A stretch of DNA of 64,000 nucleotides from Mayamaea pseudoterrestris (GCA_027923505.1 BROI01000008.1:62001-126000), one strand, 5' to 3'. Shown: positions 1 through 11,972, numbered from the stretch's first letter. The notes: generated from the sequence alone by a model not told the origin. Numbers and translations: made by a program.

Positions 1-2
1 AT

Positions 3-260
3 CATTGGGTTGCAAAGCAGCTGATCAAGGACTCTCCGAATCTCTCTGGTTTGGACAAGGAACTAGCGACGAACGAGACCTTCAAGAACCATGTCGACCT
101 CATGTCGCTGACAAAGGGCAGCTTCACGCAGTGCGTCCGCTACAGCCCAATTTTCAAATGCAAGGAGGCTGCTATCATGGCATTCTTTGGCCTCATGGAT
201 CCGTCGCCATCGAATCGATTGCCTCCGGAGGAAGTCATGAAGTTTTTGAAAGACCGTTAG
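3..260 (+). CDS. 3' end of a gene entering from the left edge; possibly a protein-kinase C-lobe
   Basis: The frame is open from base 3 to TAG at 258-260. It ends ...AFFGLMDPSPSNRLPPEEVMKFLKDR, resembling kinase subdomain XI (L..dP..R...e.l). The N-terminal part is not in the window. Confidence 0.4.
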   Translation, partial: HWVAKQLIKDSPNLSGLDKELATNETFKNHVDLMSLTKGSFTQCVRYSPIFKCKEAAIMAFFGLMDPSPSNRLPPEEVMKFLKDR

Positions 261-844
261 TGCTTGGTCACTAAACAAATATTTACTTGTTGCTGAAAAC
301 ATGTCGGTACGCGTCAACGAGCGACGATGCCAGTAAGTGTTGGCGCGCTATCGTATACTTTCAAGTAATAACGTTTATATGTGCATGATTTGAGTGATTT
401 TGTAGGTAGACCCCACCTCATTAGCCGAGTAATCTGGGCGACGAGCAGTCACCTACTACTTAGCACCAGCCTACCTGTACCAGTGGTCTTGACCCGGCTT
501 CTCAAGATGCATATTTATTCTTAAGCTCAGTCAAATACATTGGTATGTTTAGAAGCAACAAAGCATGCCTCAACCATTCCACGCCCAACGTCACTCACCG
601 ATTCACCATTCACTGCTCGATTGACGCCTCTTCGTTGGATTGATGTTCAAATGATCGGTAATTCAGCAAGCCAATTGACGTGCATGGCGACTCAAGTGAC
701 CATCCTATACTTGATTTGCCATCGTCATCGCGTTAAGCGTGTATTCTTTTGCTCGTTGCAATTTGTGACGGTGAAAAGACCGTAGCGGTCGACACACACG
801 GTGTGCCGTACGTTGGGATTTGCAACATCCCAATTGCGGCACTT

Positions 845-1252
845 TTAGTCCCGAATCAGTACAACGGCCAGAAAATGCTTTGTGTACATGCAGCATCGGC
901 CTGCGCCGCGATACAACAATAGAACGTGATTTTTAAAGTCCATCAAAGAATCAGCGGCAGCTGCAGGAAGAAGCGTTTTGTGAAGCACAGAGCGACGATG
1001 ATGCGCTGGGTATGATCGAAACCTCCCATCAACAGCTACAGGAGCTGCATGCATGCAGCTGCCGTCCCCAGCGGTTGACATTCGTTTTGCGCCGATACGG
1101 TGCAGAGGCTTTACCATGTGCACGCGCTTGATATGAGAGAACGACCCGATCCGAGACATGTCGCTCGAGACGCCATTGCTGCGTCTTGGATGTTTGATGG
1201 CGCCAGTTGACGCAAATGTCTTGCTGCCCAACGCCAAAGCAAAGAGAGACAT
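845..1252 (-). pseudogene. Possible decayed ankyrin-repeat-like fragment
   Basis: Peptides KPLHR, SVLHKTL..AAA and HVLLLYRGA loosely resemble the ankyrin consensus. No coherent gene model could be built. Confidence 0.2.
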
Positions 1253-1874
1253 GGCAAAAGACGTGTGTGGAGTGTAGTAGAGTCCGATGATTCGTGTATC
1301 CTCCTCGTGAGTGATAGCAATTTAGGAACCTGAATGCTTTCGGTCGTCCAATCTTCATCTAATTCAAGGTTTCACAAGCAGGTAGTCACACGAAACACAG
1401 AGATTCCAATCATTGCAAAAGTACTTGTAAATTCCGACGAATGTAGCATGCCGTTCCATCCTCCATCCTCGTCCCTCGTCCCTCATCGCCATCCGTCGCT
1501 CAGAGGCTGCCACGTAAACTTGTTTTGAAAATAAAGCCTTTATTCTGTTGAGACGGTTCGCTCAGTAGCCAATATATGCACCTATGGAGAATTACTGGAA
1601 CTTGGAAAACGTAGATGAAAGTGGCTGACGAAAAATGCTGCTCGCCCGATCGTGCGCGTTGCGTCGAAACAAACCATCTGGCGCCATGGACCAGCTTCCG
1701 TCTTGCTGCTATAGACAGAGAGTACATACATATGGAATCTCCCAGCCAATATAACGAGATGGCGAGTTCATGGTTAGTCTCGAGACATACGGTATGAAAG
1801 GTCGAAAGGACGACAAAAGATGAGGTGAGTGCTCGCCATCATTTTGGTACACTTTCATCTATAGTAGTGTGATT

Positions 1875-2219
1875 GAAACGAGTGCCAGTGAAAACTGCGT
1901 CATGAGACAATAGTACGAAACGAGTGCCAGTGTCAATTACGTCACACGGCAATAGTACGAAACGAGTGCCAGTGTCAATAACGTCAACAGGCAATAGTGT
2001 GAAACAAGTGCCAGTGAAAACTGCGTCATCTTGAGATTGAAAACTGTGTCATACATTGGTCGTGAGAAACGAGTGCCAGTGAAAACTGCGTCACAAGGCA
2101 TATAAGCGAAACGAGTGCCAGTGAAAACTGCGTCACAAGGCTTTATTACGAAACGGGTGCCAGTGAAAACTGCGTCATGCGGATATAGTACGAAACGAGT
2201 GCCAGTGAAAACTACGTCA
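1875..2219. repeat. 42-bp-period array: 28-bp conserved core GAAACGAGTGCCAGTGAAAACTGCGTCA plus 14-bp variable linker; 8 full cores and 1 partial
   Basis: Cores start at 1875, 1917, 1959, 2001, 2066, 2108, 2150 and 2192, with a partial core TGAAAACTGTGTCA at about 2038-2051. Linkers: TGAGACAATAGTAC, CACGGCAATAGTAC, ACAGGCAATAGTGT, TACATTGGTCGTGA, CAAGGCATATAAGC, CAAGGCTTTATTAC, TGCGGATATAGTAC. Confidence 0.95.
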
Positions 2220-2516
2220 CCAGGCTCAACCATCGGTATGATACTATCATACCACCGGCAATATGCTCGCCTTCATTCTCCTCATTCAAATCCTTTGACG
2301 CGGTCTCTATCTTGAGCGACGCAACTATGAAATAAAGAGGGAAGTAATGGAACGATGAGTTAGTCTATTTCATCTTTACACCATGGAAAAGCCACCATCG
2401 ATTGGTTGCTGCCTTCTATGCGACAAGCGAAGATCACTGCTTTTTTCCATGCCACTTTCATCCCCTATGAAAGTGACAAGATGATTGAAACGATTTTCGA
2501 TTGACGTGCTCGATAC

Positions 2517-3560
2517 ATGATGAATCCGATTTCAATAGTGCTTCATCGATGCCGCGCGGAAATGTATAACCACAAGCGACGCCTGCATTACACGAGACTC
2601 AAGCCGCAACTTCTTCAACTAATTTTGTACTCGCAGCGGTATATACTCGACCGAACGCGGCAGAGGAATGGTCTAATGAGAGACTCGAGCAGCTTGTCAG
2701 AGAGATCGGGTTTTTTGTATGCACTGCTGAACCTTATGTCTTGTCGGTTGTCAGTTTGGTTCTCATTTTCGCAACAATCAACAATCTCACGAGCTTCGAA
2801 CGACTATCAATACAGTCGCAAGCTTGAAAGAAATGGATTCCCTACACGCTTTTTGAAGGATGTTAGGCTGTCGATGCACCGAGTCACTCTACTTCTGGAC
2901 ATTTTGCCTGGTATTTGTCGGCGATGCTTCTTTTTGTTGGAGAACGAACAACAAGTTGCAGTTACGCTTTCACGCTTGCTACTTTGCCATGTCAATACTC
3001 AGCTCAGAACGTTGGCAGCGACATCATGCGAAATCAATGTACTGAACAAGTTGGACACGAGCATAATGACAGTATGACAGTAGCCAACGATTGCGCGTGA
3101 TGGAATTCTTGCACTGTCGACTGTTCGTCTTGGTTCAATGGTCAATTTTCAAAGCGAGCATTGGCACGTGGAAAGATCGCCCAACTTTCGATTTGAATCA
3201 AATGCAACATTTCCGTTGCAATCTTTTGAATATTTCCAGTCTCATTGGCGATGCAGTTTACTCGAAAGCTTGAATATAGTGACTCGGCACAAGGAAGCCT
3301 TTTGCATTGTGGCTTACGCCGTATTTGCTCGTCATTATACGCTCCATCGAAACGACACTGCTGGAACAAACGCTTTCGTTGCTATCGCTTCAGGCCTGCG
3401 CTTGTTGCAGTTGACTTTGGAATTGTGGATCTCCGAGCGTGGCTCGTGTCCTTTGACTCTATCTGCATTTGCTCTCCAAACGTATACGGCAAAACCTTGC
3501 ACCGAAGTTGCTCCCACGTGTAGAGGCACGTACCGAAGGCTTGCGACGCGTGCTTACAGC
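2517..3560 (+). pseudogene. Probable decayed RNI/LRR-like family copy (repeated at 9811-10854)
   Basis: Broken frames. Peptides SLLESLNIVT and GLRLLQLTLELWISE...LSAFALQ resemble LIRHLEIDS and KVRTLNLALSIWNIAIESELVAFLRSQ of the intact 630-aa gene at 17276-19168. Confidence 0.35.
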
Positions 3561-3603
3561 AAGTCTTTGACGATTCAGTATCAGCGGACGCATCATCGTC
3601 ATC

Positions 3604-4287
3604 ATGTCTAGTAACGGTGATGAGATTGTGGAGGATCCCGACAAGGGCGAGCGCAAACGACAGCGAGAGAAGCAACGTCGTTCGGACTTGGCCAATGCGT
3701 TTGATGAACTACAACTGACACTCAATCGCATTGAGCATGGGACGGATGTGTACGGCCGACCAGTCAAGGTGGAGCTGAATACGGAAACGCCAGTGACTCG
3801 CCTTGGATTGGTTCTGCAAACGACGGAAGCACTCCAGCGATTGTACCAGGAGAATGTGCACATGCGCATGTCACTCGGAGGACAATGGATACAGGATGAG
3901 AGTGTAACGGTACGTTTCGATCATTGGGCACACTAAGCTTGACTTGTACACATATCACAACAATCATCTTTTCCTTTACTCGCCTAGCGACCGCAGTATC
4001 GAACGGATCATGGGCATGCGCTCTATCCGCCGCCCCAATCGGCTTCGTACTACCAAGGCCATGGTGGAGCCACTTACACGGATGCGTATCATTCTTTGTA
4101 CCCTTCCTCCGCGTCTTCTGCTCCTAGTTACAATGGATACCATCAGATGGACGCATGGGATCGACGTGGAGGTCAAGAGCAGGATCGGCAGCATACGCTT
4201 TACCAGGAAGCGGCTTCGGCTTTGGAGCAAGCGCCTGTTCAAAATGGAGCTGGTTACAATGGGGCCAATCGTAAGAGTAGCGTTTAA
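3604..4287 (+). CDS. bHLH transcription factor, about 201 aa; exons 3604-3909 and 3988-4287
   Basis: Basic region and helix 1 ERKRQREKQRRSDLANAFDELQLTL; helix 2 TRLGLVLQTTEALQRL. The intron GTACGT...CCTAG (3910-3987) joins in frame to a Y/H/Q/S-rich tail ending TAA at 4287. Confidence 0.8.
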
Positions 4288-4678
4288 ACGTTGCGTGACT
4301 GGCGAACGAACCCAGACGTACTGTATTAGCAAGGAATCTAGTAGCGGCGAGTCAAGCGATGCCGTTGCCATGGAAGTAAGCTTGTCGAGTATGCATAGCC
4401 TACGCGTTCTAGTAGAATAAATAATTTATACCCTGTACCGAATTGTTCGACTACTACACGCGCCGAGTGCACTCACTGCTTTACACTACGCTATGAATAT
4501 CCATAGACCCTGTGCATATTACATGATACGCTGATATACAAACAGTGACATATACAAACTGCTGTGGTTAATCCATTTCGTATTAACTATCGAATGAGTG
4601 CCTGCGAGTGAATGGAGTGTAAATGATGGAAAGCAAGCGAACGTTACATTTGGACCGACCAAAGCAAAACCAACGTCC

Positions 4679-5789
4679 TTAAAAGTTGACATCGCGTTTA
4701 ATGCTAACATTGGCCCCATGAATATTGGCACCATCAATGGGCATGTTGACGTTTGCCGTCCACGCCGCATCGCGCCACTCGACATTGAGTGAGTCATTGG
4801 GCTTGAGGTTTGCCGTCAAGCTCGAGTCGTCGGAAAGACGACGTTCCCACTCGACCGACAAGTCGCCATTCGAGTTGATCGTCGGCGCAACTCGATTGTC
4901 CTTGTCGAGCTGTTGGGAAATGGTGACTTGTTGGTTGTCAGCTGACGCGGTTAGCTTGACATGAGTGTTGTCGTTTCTGTAATTGACGACCACATCGCGC
5001 TGGTCCTTCTCCAAGTCGAACCTTGGAGTGACAGTGACGCGAGCGCCATTGACGTCAAGTCCCTTGGTCGCTTCCACGGAGCGAACGGTAAAGTCATTTC
5101 CGGCATTGGCAACCATGTGCACCGAAAGGTCCGAGGCCGCGTTGCCGGCATCAAGCTCCAAGTTGGCGCGCGTAAAGTCTTGGCCGTCTAGTTCCGCTCG
5201 CGCCGAAACCCCCCATCCAGAAACGTCCGTCTGCGCCTTGCCCCAGATGGATCTGAAATGAATAATAGTGAAGTGATGCAGAAATGAAGATGAGTCATTA
5301 CTATGTGAGCAGCAGCTTGGATACAATTTCAATCATCCATCCATCACTACAACCGTACAACGCAACGCACACCACACGTCACTCACCTTGGAAGAGAGGC
5401 AATGTCCGTCGTCGGTCTCGCCGCAGCCTTAATTCCATAGGAAAGGTCCAAGTCTCCCGAACGCGTCGCACTCTCCCAACTGACGACGGGATCGAGTCCA
5501 TCAAGGCCGTCGAAGGATCCGTCACGGACTGAAATCTGTGTGAAATGACAGTGAGTGAAGAAAAATACAAGCAAGTGAGTATAGAGTAAAAGCAGTAGCA
5601 GCAGCATTGAGTGCATCAGCAACTCAACGGACGTTTTAATTTGATTATGAAATGCCGACTCGTCGAATCTCTCGTATGTTGCTCATCAAGGAAGTTGAGG
5701 TACGACTTGCGAACACGTACCGAAAGCTGCGGATTTCCAGCCGACGCGGAAGCAAGGACAGCGGCAAGAGCAAGAGCGGAAAGCTTCAT
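4679..5789 (-). CDS. Signal-peptide, beta-strand-rich protein (putative beta-barrel channel), paralog 1, about 263 aa; exons 5789-5721, 5535-5387, 5252-4679
   Basis: Signal peptide MKLSALALAAVLASASA. Two GT-AG introns give a 792-nt frame. Alternating hydrophobic/polar strands; C-terminus VSIKRDVNF. The gene is well supported; the function is inferred. Confidence 0.85.
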
Positions 5790-6142
5790 GATGATTGTAT
5801 GACTGGCGGGAATTAACAAGCGAGCAGTGGACGAAATTGAAGTCGAATCTTGTAGTCGGTTTGTGGGGACGCAGCAGTTGCAAACAACCGAGCAGTGACA
5901 GCAAAGGTGTCAAGCCGCGGAGGTGTCAGCGCAACTGCACCTCCAAAGATCCTTCTTGGTTCACGTTGCGACATGAGTTTGAAATTTTTAGTCCCGCTGC
6001 AAGGGTCTTGATTCGATTTTCTTCGTCGAACGACGAATCCTCCGGGGCGCATCATCCAATCTTCCAAAAGCTTCCCACCATATCCACTTGTCGTCATAAT
6101 ATTCAACTACTGTTGCTATACTTGATCTTCATTATCACCATC

Positions 6143-7148
6143 ATGTACTACTCTACCACTAGTCTACTCGTTGTGCTGCTCAGTGCTGCCGCTACTGTCA
6201 ATGCCGACAAGGTTCCGTCGCAGCCACTCGTCACGCTCGGACTCAATACGGCGAACGTCATGTCACGCTTCGGAGGGCTCGAGCCGCAGGCCACTTGGTA
6301 CACTGGAACACAGACTTTTGGAGAAGTCAATGTTGATGTAAGTCAAAGATTGATGTGAAGAAGAGAGACGGACGGTGAGGAGCTATTGGATGGCTTGGAA
6401 CGAAAAATGGATCTTTTTGTTGGCTCAACGCACGCACCTCCATCCATTCATATCACCCATTCAAACTGCCACTCACGTCACCATTTTCAACTCATGCTTT
6501 TTTTATTCGCAGGGAGGAATTGACGTGCGAGTCGAAGATGTTGACATGATGCCATTCAACATCTGGGCCAGAGCTCAGCAAACAATCAAGGGATGGAACC
6601 TTTCGGCGCGCCTAGAGTCCAGCAGCAAGGCCTTGGATACCGTCGCCTGTCAGTTGCTTGCGGTCAGTGACGATGGCGCGACTCGTCTATACGCGCAAGG
6701 ATCCGCCGATGCATCCGCCAGAACCGCCATGATGGACAAGGTCACCCTCGCGCAAAAGGTTCATGGCGAGGAACTCACATTGGTGCCGGCATACCACTTT
6801 GATACCAACGAGGTCGAGCTTGGAGTCATTTACACGGGACTTTCCGACGACACGGTTGTCAACCTTGACACTTCCACCAAGGGACCGCAAATGCTCACCG
6901 TTTCGCAACGCTTTGGAGCCAACAACCGCATCATTCCTTCCGTCACAACCAACGGAGACGTTGAGTTGGAGTACCGTCGGGCGATTGACACGGGCGTATT
7001 GGCAGCCAACTACAAGCCAAACAAGAGTGTCAGCCTAAAGTGGAACGATGGACCCTGGTTGGCGACACTTGAGGCGCCCATGACTGGACCGCAGTCATTC
7101 TCAAGCGATGTTCGTCTTTCGTTCAAGCGTGACGTTCAACTCTTTTAA
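6143..7148 (+). CDS. Signal-peptide, beta-strand-rich protein (putative beta-barrel channel), paralog 2, about 276 aa; exons 6143-6337 and 6513-7148
   Basis: Signal peptide MYYSTTSLLVVLLSAAATVNA; intron GTAAGT...TCGCAG. Aligns along its length with paralog 1 (GLEPQATW/GLDPVVSW, IWARAQQTIKGWNLSARLE/IWGKAQTDVSGWGVSARAE, LSFKRDVQLF/VSIKRDVNF). Confidence 0.85.
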
Positions 7149-7506
7149 GAGAGCCGTGATTTGCAATTTGAAAATGTACCCTTTGCTACTGTAGTTGATT
7201 AACAAGATTAAGCAGCCTTTGTTTGTTTTTGACTACGGCTGTGTAATACATTGGTAGGTGTACGAGGGCAAATGCAGGGAGTTGTTATCGCTAGCCTTAT
7301 TGGCGTTGAATACTTGCGACGCTCAAGGTACGCTACGCTACGGAATTTCAAAATACTCGTAGTTGAAAACAATCTCCTAATATTCGACGTCTATACGTGA
7401 GACGCCTGCTAGTCAAGCAAAGCACGTGCGAGAGAACGATAATTCCACCAAGTCCGACAGTCGGACAAGGCGCCGAGCAGAGTTAAAGCATCTTTGTTCA
7501 ACGCAC

Positions 7507-8907
7507 CTAGCTGTCTTCCTTGTACAAGCACTCCATGAGATCCTTTGTGAGTTGCTCTCGGTTTAGATTCTGCGGCAAAACCGAAACGAGTACGCATACG
7601 AAATAAATGGTGAGCGCACAATGCCACATCGTCACCCTTTTGCCTCGCACAACGCCCCAGTCTCTGAGCAAACTTACCTTGCCAATAAAGACGAACTTGT
7701 TAATCTTCTCCTCGTCGTCGCTCCATGGCTTGGAAGCTGGTCCAAAGTTGATTTGCTCGTGGACGCCTTGAAAGACAAACTTGGTATTGGCTTGTCCATG
7801 AAACGCAAGGACTCCTTTGGTGCGATACAAGTCGGCCGCTCGGTCGCGCAGCAAGGCAATCATATAATTGTTGAACCAAAGCGAATGCAGCTCTCCTTTG
7901 AACGTAATCCCGACGGACGAAACCATTTCCAGATTGTGCTTGCTGGTCTCCTGGTTTTCGAAAAAGTCCGGGTCGTAGTTTAAAATGGACTCCATGCTCT
8001 GCGATAAAAGAGCGACATATAAATCAGACGAGTGTGTGCAAATGAACGACACGAGCATGCAGTAAAAAACCGGCTCGACTCGCAAAAAGCCCAATCAAAC
8101 ATGACAATACGTACAAACGAATTCAACCCCAAAATCTTGTCCAGTGGCGCCCTTGACCGTTCCGTCTCAATCACCGTCGCAAACTTATTGATATGCGAAA
8201 GTCGCTCCTCGAGCGCCGCCTTTTCCTCCTGCGTGACGAGGTCAATTTTGTTCAACAGAATCTTGTCGGCAAAGGCGACTTGCTGCAAGGCTTCATTGGC
8301 CGATCCATCCGGCTTGACTTCATCCAAATGACGCGGCAAGTGTTTGCAGTCGGCCAAGCAGACAATGGAGTCAATAAAGTAGTGCTCCGATAGCTTGCTA
8401 TTGGTTTGTACCGTGTAAACAATGGGCGCTGGATCCGCGAGACCCGTCGTTTCCAGTAGAATCGCGTCAAAGTCCGTTCGTCGCTTGGAAAGCTGGCCGA
8501 GCGTTCGGACCAAATCGCCTCGGACCGTGCAGCAGACGCATCCATTGTCCATGGTGATCAAGTCTTCCGGAGCATCAAGAGCCTCGGCGACTGAGATTTA
8601 GTGTGATGAAATTAGCAGTGAAGAATGGAGTGAGACGAGTGAGACGAGAGAATTGAGCGAAAGGCGAAGAAACGAGCTGCAACTCTTCCAAGCTTTCCAT
8701 CTTCATTCAAACAAATCATAAGCATCAGTACTCACCAAGTCCATCATCAATGGATACTTCTCCAAACTCGTTCTCCAGAACGCAAATCTTCCACTTAGTT
8801 TGCTCCTTCAAAATGTAATTGACGAGCGTCGTCTTTCCAGCGCCGAGAAATCCTGTAATCACCGTGATTGGCGTCAATTTGGGGGTAGAAGCAGTAGCGT
8901 CTGTCAT
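7507..8907 (-). CDS. cobW: COG0523/CobW-family (G3E) P-loop GTPase metallochaperone, about 343 aa; exons 8907-8736, 8590-8115, 7998-7678, 7569-7507
   Basis: Walker [16 protein letters not shown], metal motif [14 protein letters not shown]4 NKID, and CobW_C domain (YRTKG, FQGVH, FVFIGK). Three GT-AG introns give a 1032-nt frame. The symbol is family-level only. Confidence 0.93.
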
Positions 8908-10897
8908 GGCTGCGTCGTCTTGCTTGGTGTAGATGGTCAACTCGTTATACTAGGAAGAAAAAGGCTTGTGCTGCTTGGATTTCGCTCGGCGCAAGTGTGG
9001 AACGAGTGGCGCGGTTCTTTCGTGGTCGAAATGGCGCGCCACAACGTCACGCGTCCGAAATCAATCGTATCGGTACTCAAATGTATCGATTCGTTCCATT
9101 CAGTCACCATGGAGATTCGACCGTCGCATAGCATGATACGTTGCCAGCTTATCACCATGATTGGTCACTCTTGTCAGAATAACACATGGGCATGAAATTG
9201 CCATTATTCCATTCTTGTCGCATCAAGATGGCGACGAAGATTAAACGATGAAAGAAGGTGAAACGCCATTTTTGCGCGGCTGTTTCAATTGCTTAGTCTT
9301 GCATCAAAAATTAGCAATCCCCTTGTGCTTTTGTCGTGTCGAAAGCACGAGAAGGAATGACGGAAGTTGTTCGCGGAAAGAAAGTACCAATGCGAAGCAG
9401 TGGCATACTTGAATGCGCTTAAACAGGAATAGTTTCTTCATTGTTCAATTTTGTTACACATGGCACATTTGCTCAGCGGTTTCGAGCAATTTATGCAGCA
9501 GAATATGAGTACGTCTACTGATTGAAGACGTGCGTCTTTATCATACCACCGGCAATATGCTCGCCTTCATTCTCCTCATTCAAATCCTTTGACGCGGTCA
9601 CTATCTTGTGCGACGCAACTATGAAATAAAGAGGGAAGTAATGGAACGATGAGTTAGTCTATTTCATCTTTACACCATGGAAAAGCCACCATCGATTGGT
9701 TGCTGCCTTCTATGCGACAAGCGAAGATCACTGCTTTTTTCCATGCCACTTTCATCCCCTATGAAAGTGACAAGATGATTGAAACGATTTTCGATTGACG
9801 TGCTCGATACATGATGAATCCGATTTCAATAGTGCTTCATCGATGCCGCGCGGAAATGTATAACCACAAGCGACGCCTGCATTACACGAGACTCAAGCCG
9901 CAACTTCTTCAACTAATTTTGTACTCGCAGCGGTATATACTCGACCGAACGCGGCAGAGGAATGGTCTAATGAGAGACTCGAGCAGCTTGTCAGAGAGAT
10001 CGGGTTTTTTGTATGCACTGCTGAACCTTATGTCTTGTCGGTTGTCAGTTTGGTTCTCATTTTCGCAACAATCAACAATCTCACGAGCTTCGAACGACTA
10101 TCAATACAGTCGCAAGCTTGAAAGAAATGGATTCCCTACACGCTTTTTGAAGGATGTTAGGCTGTCGATGCACCGAGTCACTCTACTTCTGGACATTTTG
10201 CCTGGTATTTGTCGGCGATGCTTCTTTTTGTTGGAGAACGAACAACAAGTTGCAGTTACGCTTTCACGCTTGCTACTTTGCCATGTCAATACTCAGCTCA
10301 GAACGTTGGCAGCGACATCATGCGAAATCAATGTACTGAACAAGTTGGACACGAGCATAATGACAGTATGACAGTAGCCAACGATTGCGCGTGATGGAAT
10401 TCTTGCACTGTCGACTGTTCGTCTTGGTTCAATGGTCAATTTTCAAAGCGAGCATTGGCACGTGGAAAGATCGCCCAACTTTCGATTTGAATCAAATGCA
10501 ACATTTCCGTTGCAATCTTTTGAATATTTCCAGTCTCATTGGCGATGCAGTTTACTCGAAAGCTTGAATATAGTGACTCGGCACAAGGAAGCCTTTTGCA
10601 TTGTGGCTTACGCCGTATTTGCTCGTCATTATACGCTCCATCGAAACGACACTGCTGGAACAAACGCTTTCGTTGCTATCGCTTCAGGCCTGCGCTTGTT
10701 GCAGTTGACTTTGGAATTGTGGATCTCCGAGCGTGGCTCGTGTCCTTTGACTCTATCTGCATTTGCTCTCCAAACGTATACGGCAAAACCTTGCACCGAA
10801 GTTGCTCCCACGTGTAGAGGCACGTACCGAAGGCTTGCGACGCGTGCTTACAGCAAGTCTTTGACGATTCAGTATCAGCGGACGCATCATCGTCATC

Positions 10898-11581
10898 ATG
10901 TCTAGTAACGGTGATGAGATTGTGGAGGATCCCGACAAGGGCGAGCGCAAACGACAGCGAGAGAAGCAACGTCGTTCGGACTTGGCCAATGCGTTTGATG
11001 AACTACAACTGACACTCAATCGCATTGAGCATGGGACGGATGTGTACGGCCGACCAGTCAAGGTGGAGCTGAATACGGAAACGCCAGTGACTCGCCTTGG
11101 ATTGGTTCTGCAAACGACGGAAGCACTCCAGCGATTGTACCAGGAGAATGTGCACATGCGCATGTCACTCGGAGGACAATGGATACAGGATGAGAGTGTA
11201 ACGGTACGTTTCGATCATTGGGCACACTAAGCTTGACTTGTACACATATCACAACAATCATCTTTTCCTTTACTCGCCTAGCGACCGCAGTATCGAACGG
11301 ATCATGGGCATGCGCTCTATCCGCCGCCCCAATCGGCTTCGTACTACCAAGGCCATGGTGGAGCCACTTACACGGATGCGTATCATTCTTTGTACCCTTC
11401 CTCCGCGTCTTCTGCTCCTAGTTACAATGGATACCATCAGATGGACGCATGGGATCGACGTGGAGGTCAAGAGCAGGATCGGCAGCATACGCTTTACCAG
11501 GAAGCGGCTTCGGCTTTGGAGCAAGCGCCTGTTCAAAATGGAGCTGGTTACAATGGGGCCAATCGTAAGAGTAGCGTTTAA
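10898..11581 (+). CDS. bHLH transcription factor, duplicate copy
   Basis: Same as 3604-4287 shifted by +7294. Confidence 0.78.
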
Positions 11582-11972
11582 ACGTTGCGTGACTGGCGAA
11601 CGAACCCAGACGTACTGTATTAGCAAGGAATCTAGTAGCGGCGAGTCAAGCGATGCCGTTGCCATGGAAGTAAGCTTGTCGAGTATGCATAGCCTACGCG
11701 TTCTAGTAGAATAAATAATTTATACCCTGTACCGAATTGTTCGACTACTACACGCGCCGAGTGCACTCACTGCTTTACACTACGCTATGAATATCCATAG
11801 ACCCTGTGCATATTACATGATACGCTGATATACAAACAGTGACATATACAAACTGCTGTGGTTAATCCATTTCGTATTAACTATCGAATGAGTGCCTGCG
11901 AGTGAATGGAGTGTAAATGATGGAAAGCAAGCGAACGTTACATTTGGACCGACCAAAGCAAAACCAACGTCC

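Larger units (their letters stand above)
2245..9538. repeat. 7,294-bp tandem segmental duplication, copy 1
   Basis: All ORFs recur with identical translation at +7294 (e.g. 2517/9811, 3604/10898, 8937/16231). The unit starts TATCATACCACCGGC and ends GACGTGCGTCTT. Confidence 0.97.

Noticed and set aside
1875..2219. Bona fide CRISPR array
   Set aside because: The spacers are only 14 bp and similar to one another, there are no cas genes, and the context is eukaryotic and intron-containing.
1875..2219. Tandem hammerhead ribozymes (CGAAAC...GTCA)
   Set aside because: The CUGANGA core and the required stems are missing on both strands.
1937..2233. ORF with DAVFTGTRF repeats as a real protein
   Set aside because: It follows from a 42-bp period divisible by 3, the frame shifts at the partial unit, and there is no clear synonymous-change pattern.
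3944..4420. 158-aa ORF and its antisense 131-aa ORF
   Set aside because: They are alternative frames over bHLH exon 2, whose frame is fixed by the splice sites.
5795..6142. N-terminal extension of ORF 5795-6358, and similar extensions on 6375-7148, 34174-34839 and 39764-40867
   Set aside because: These are read-through of promoter or intron DNA; signal peptides and splice sites define later starts.
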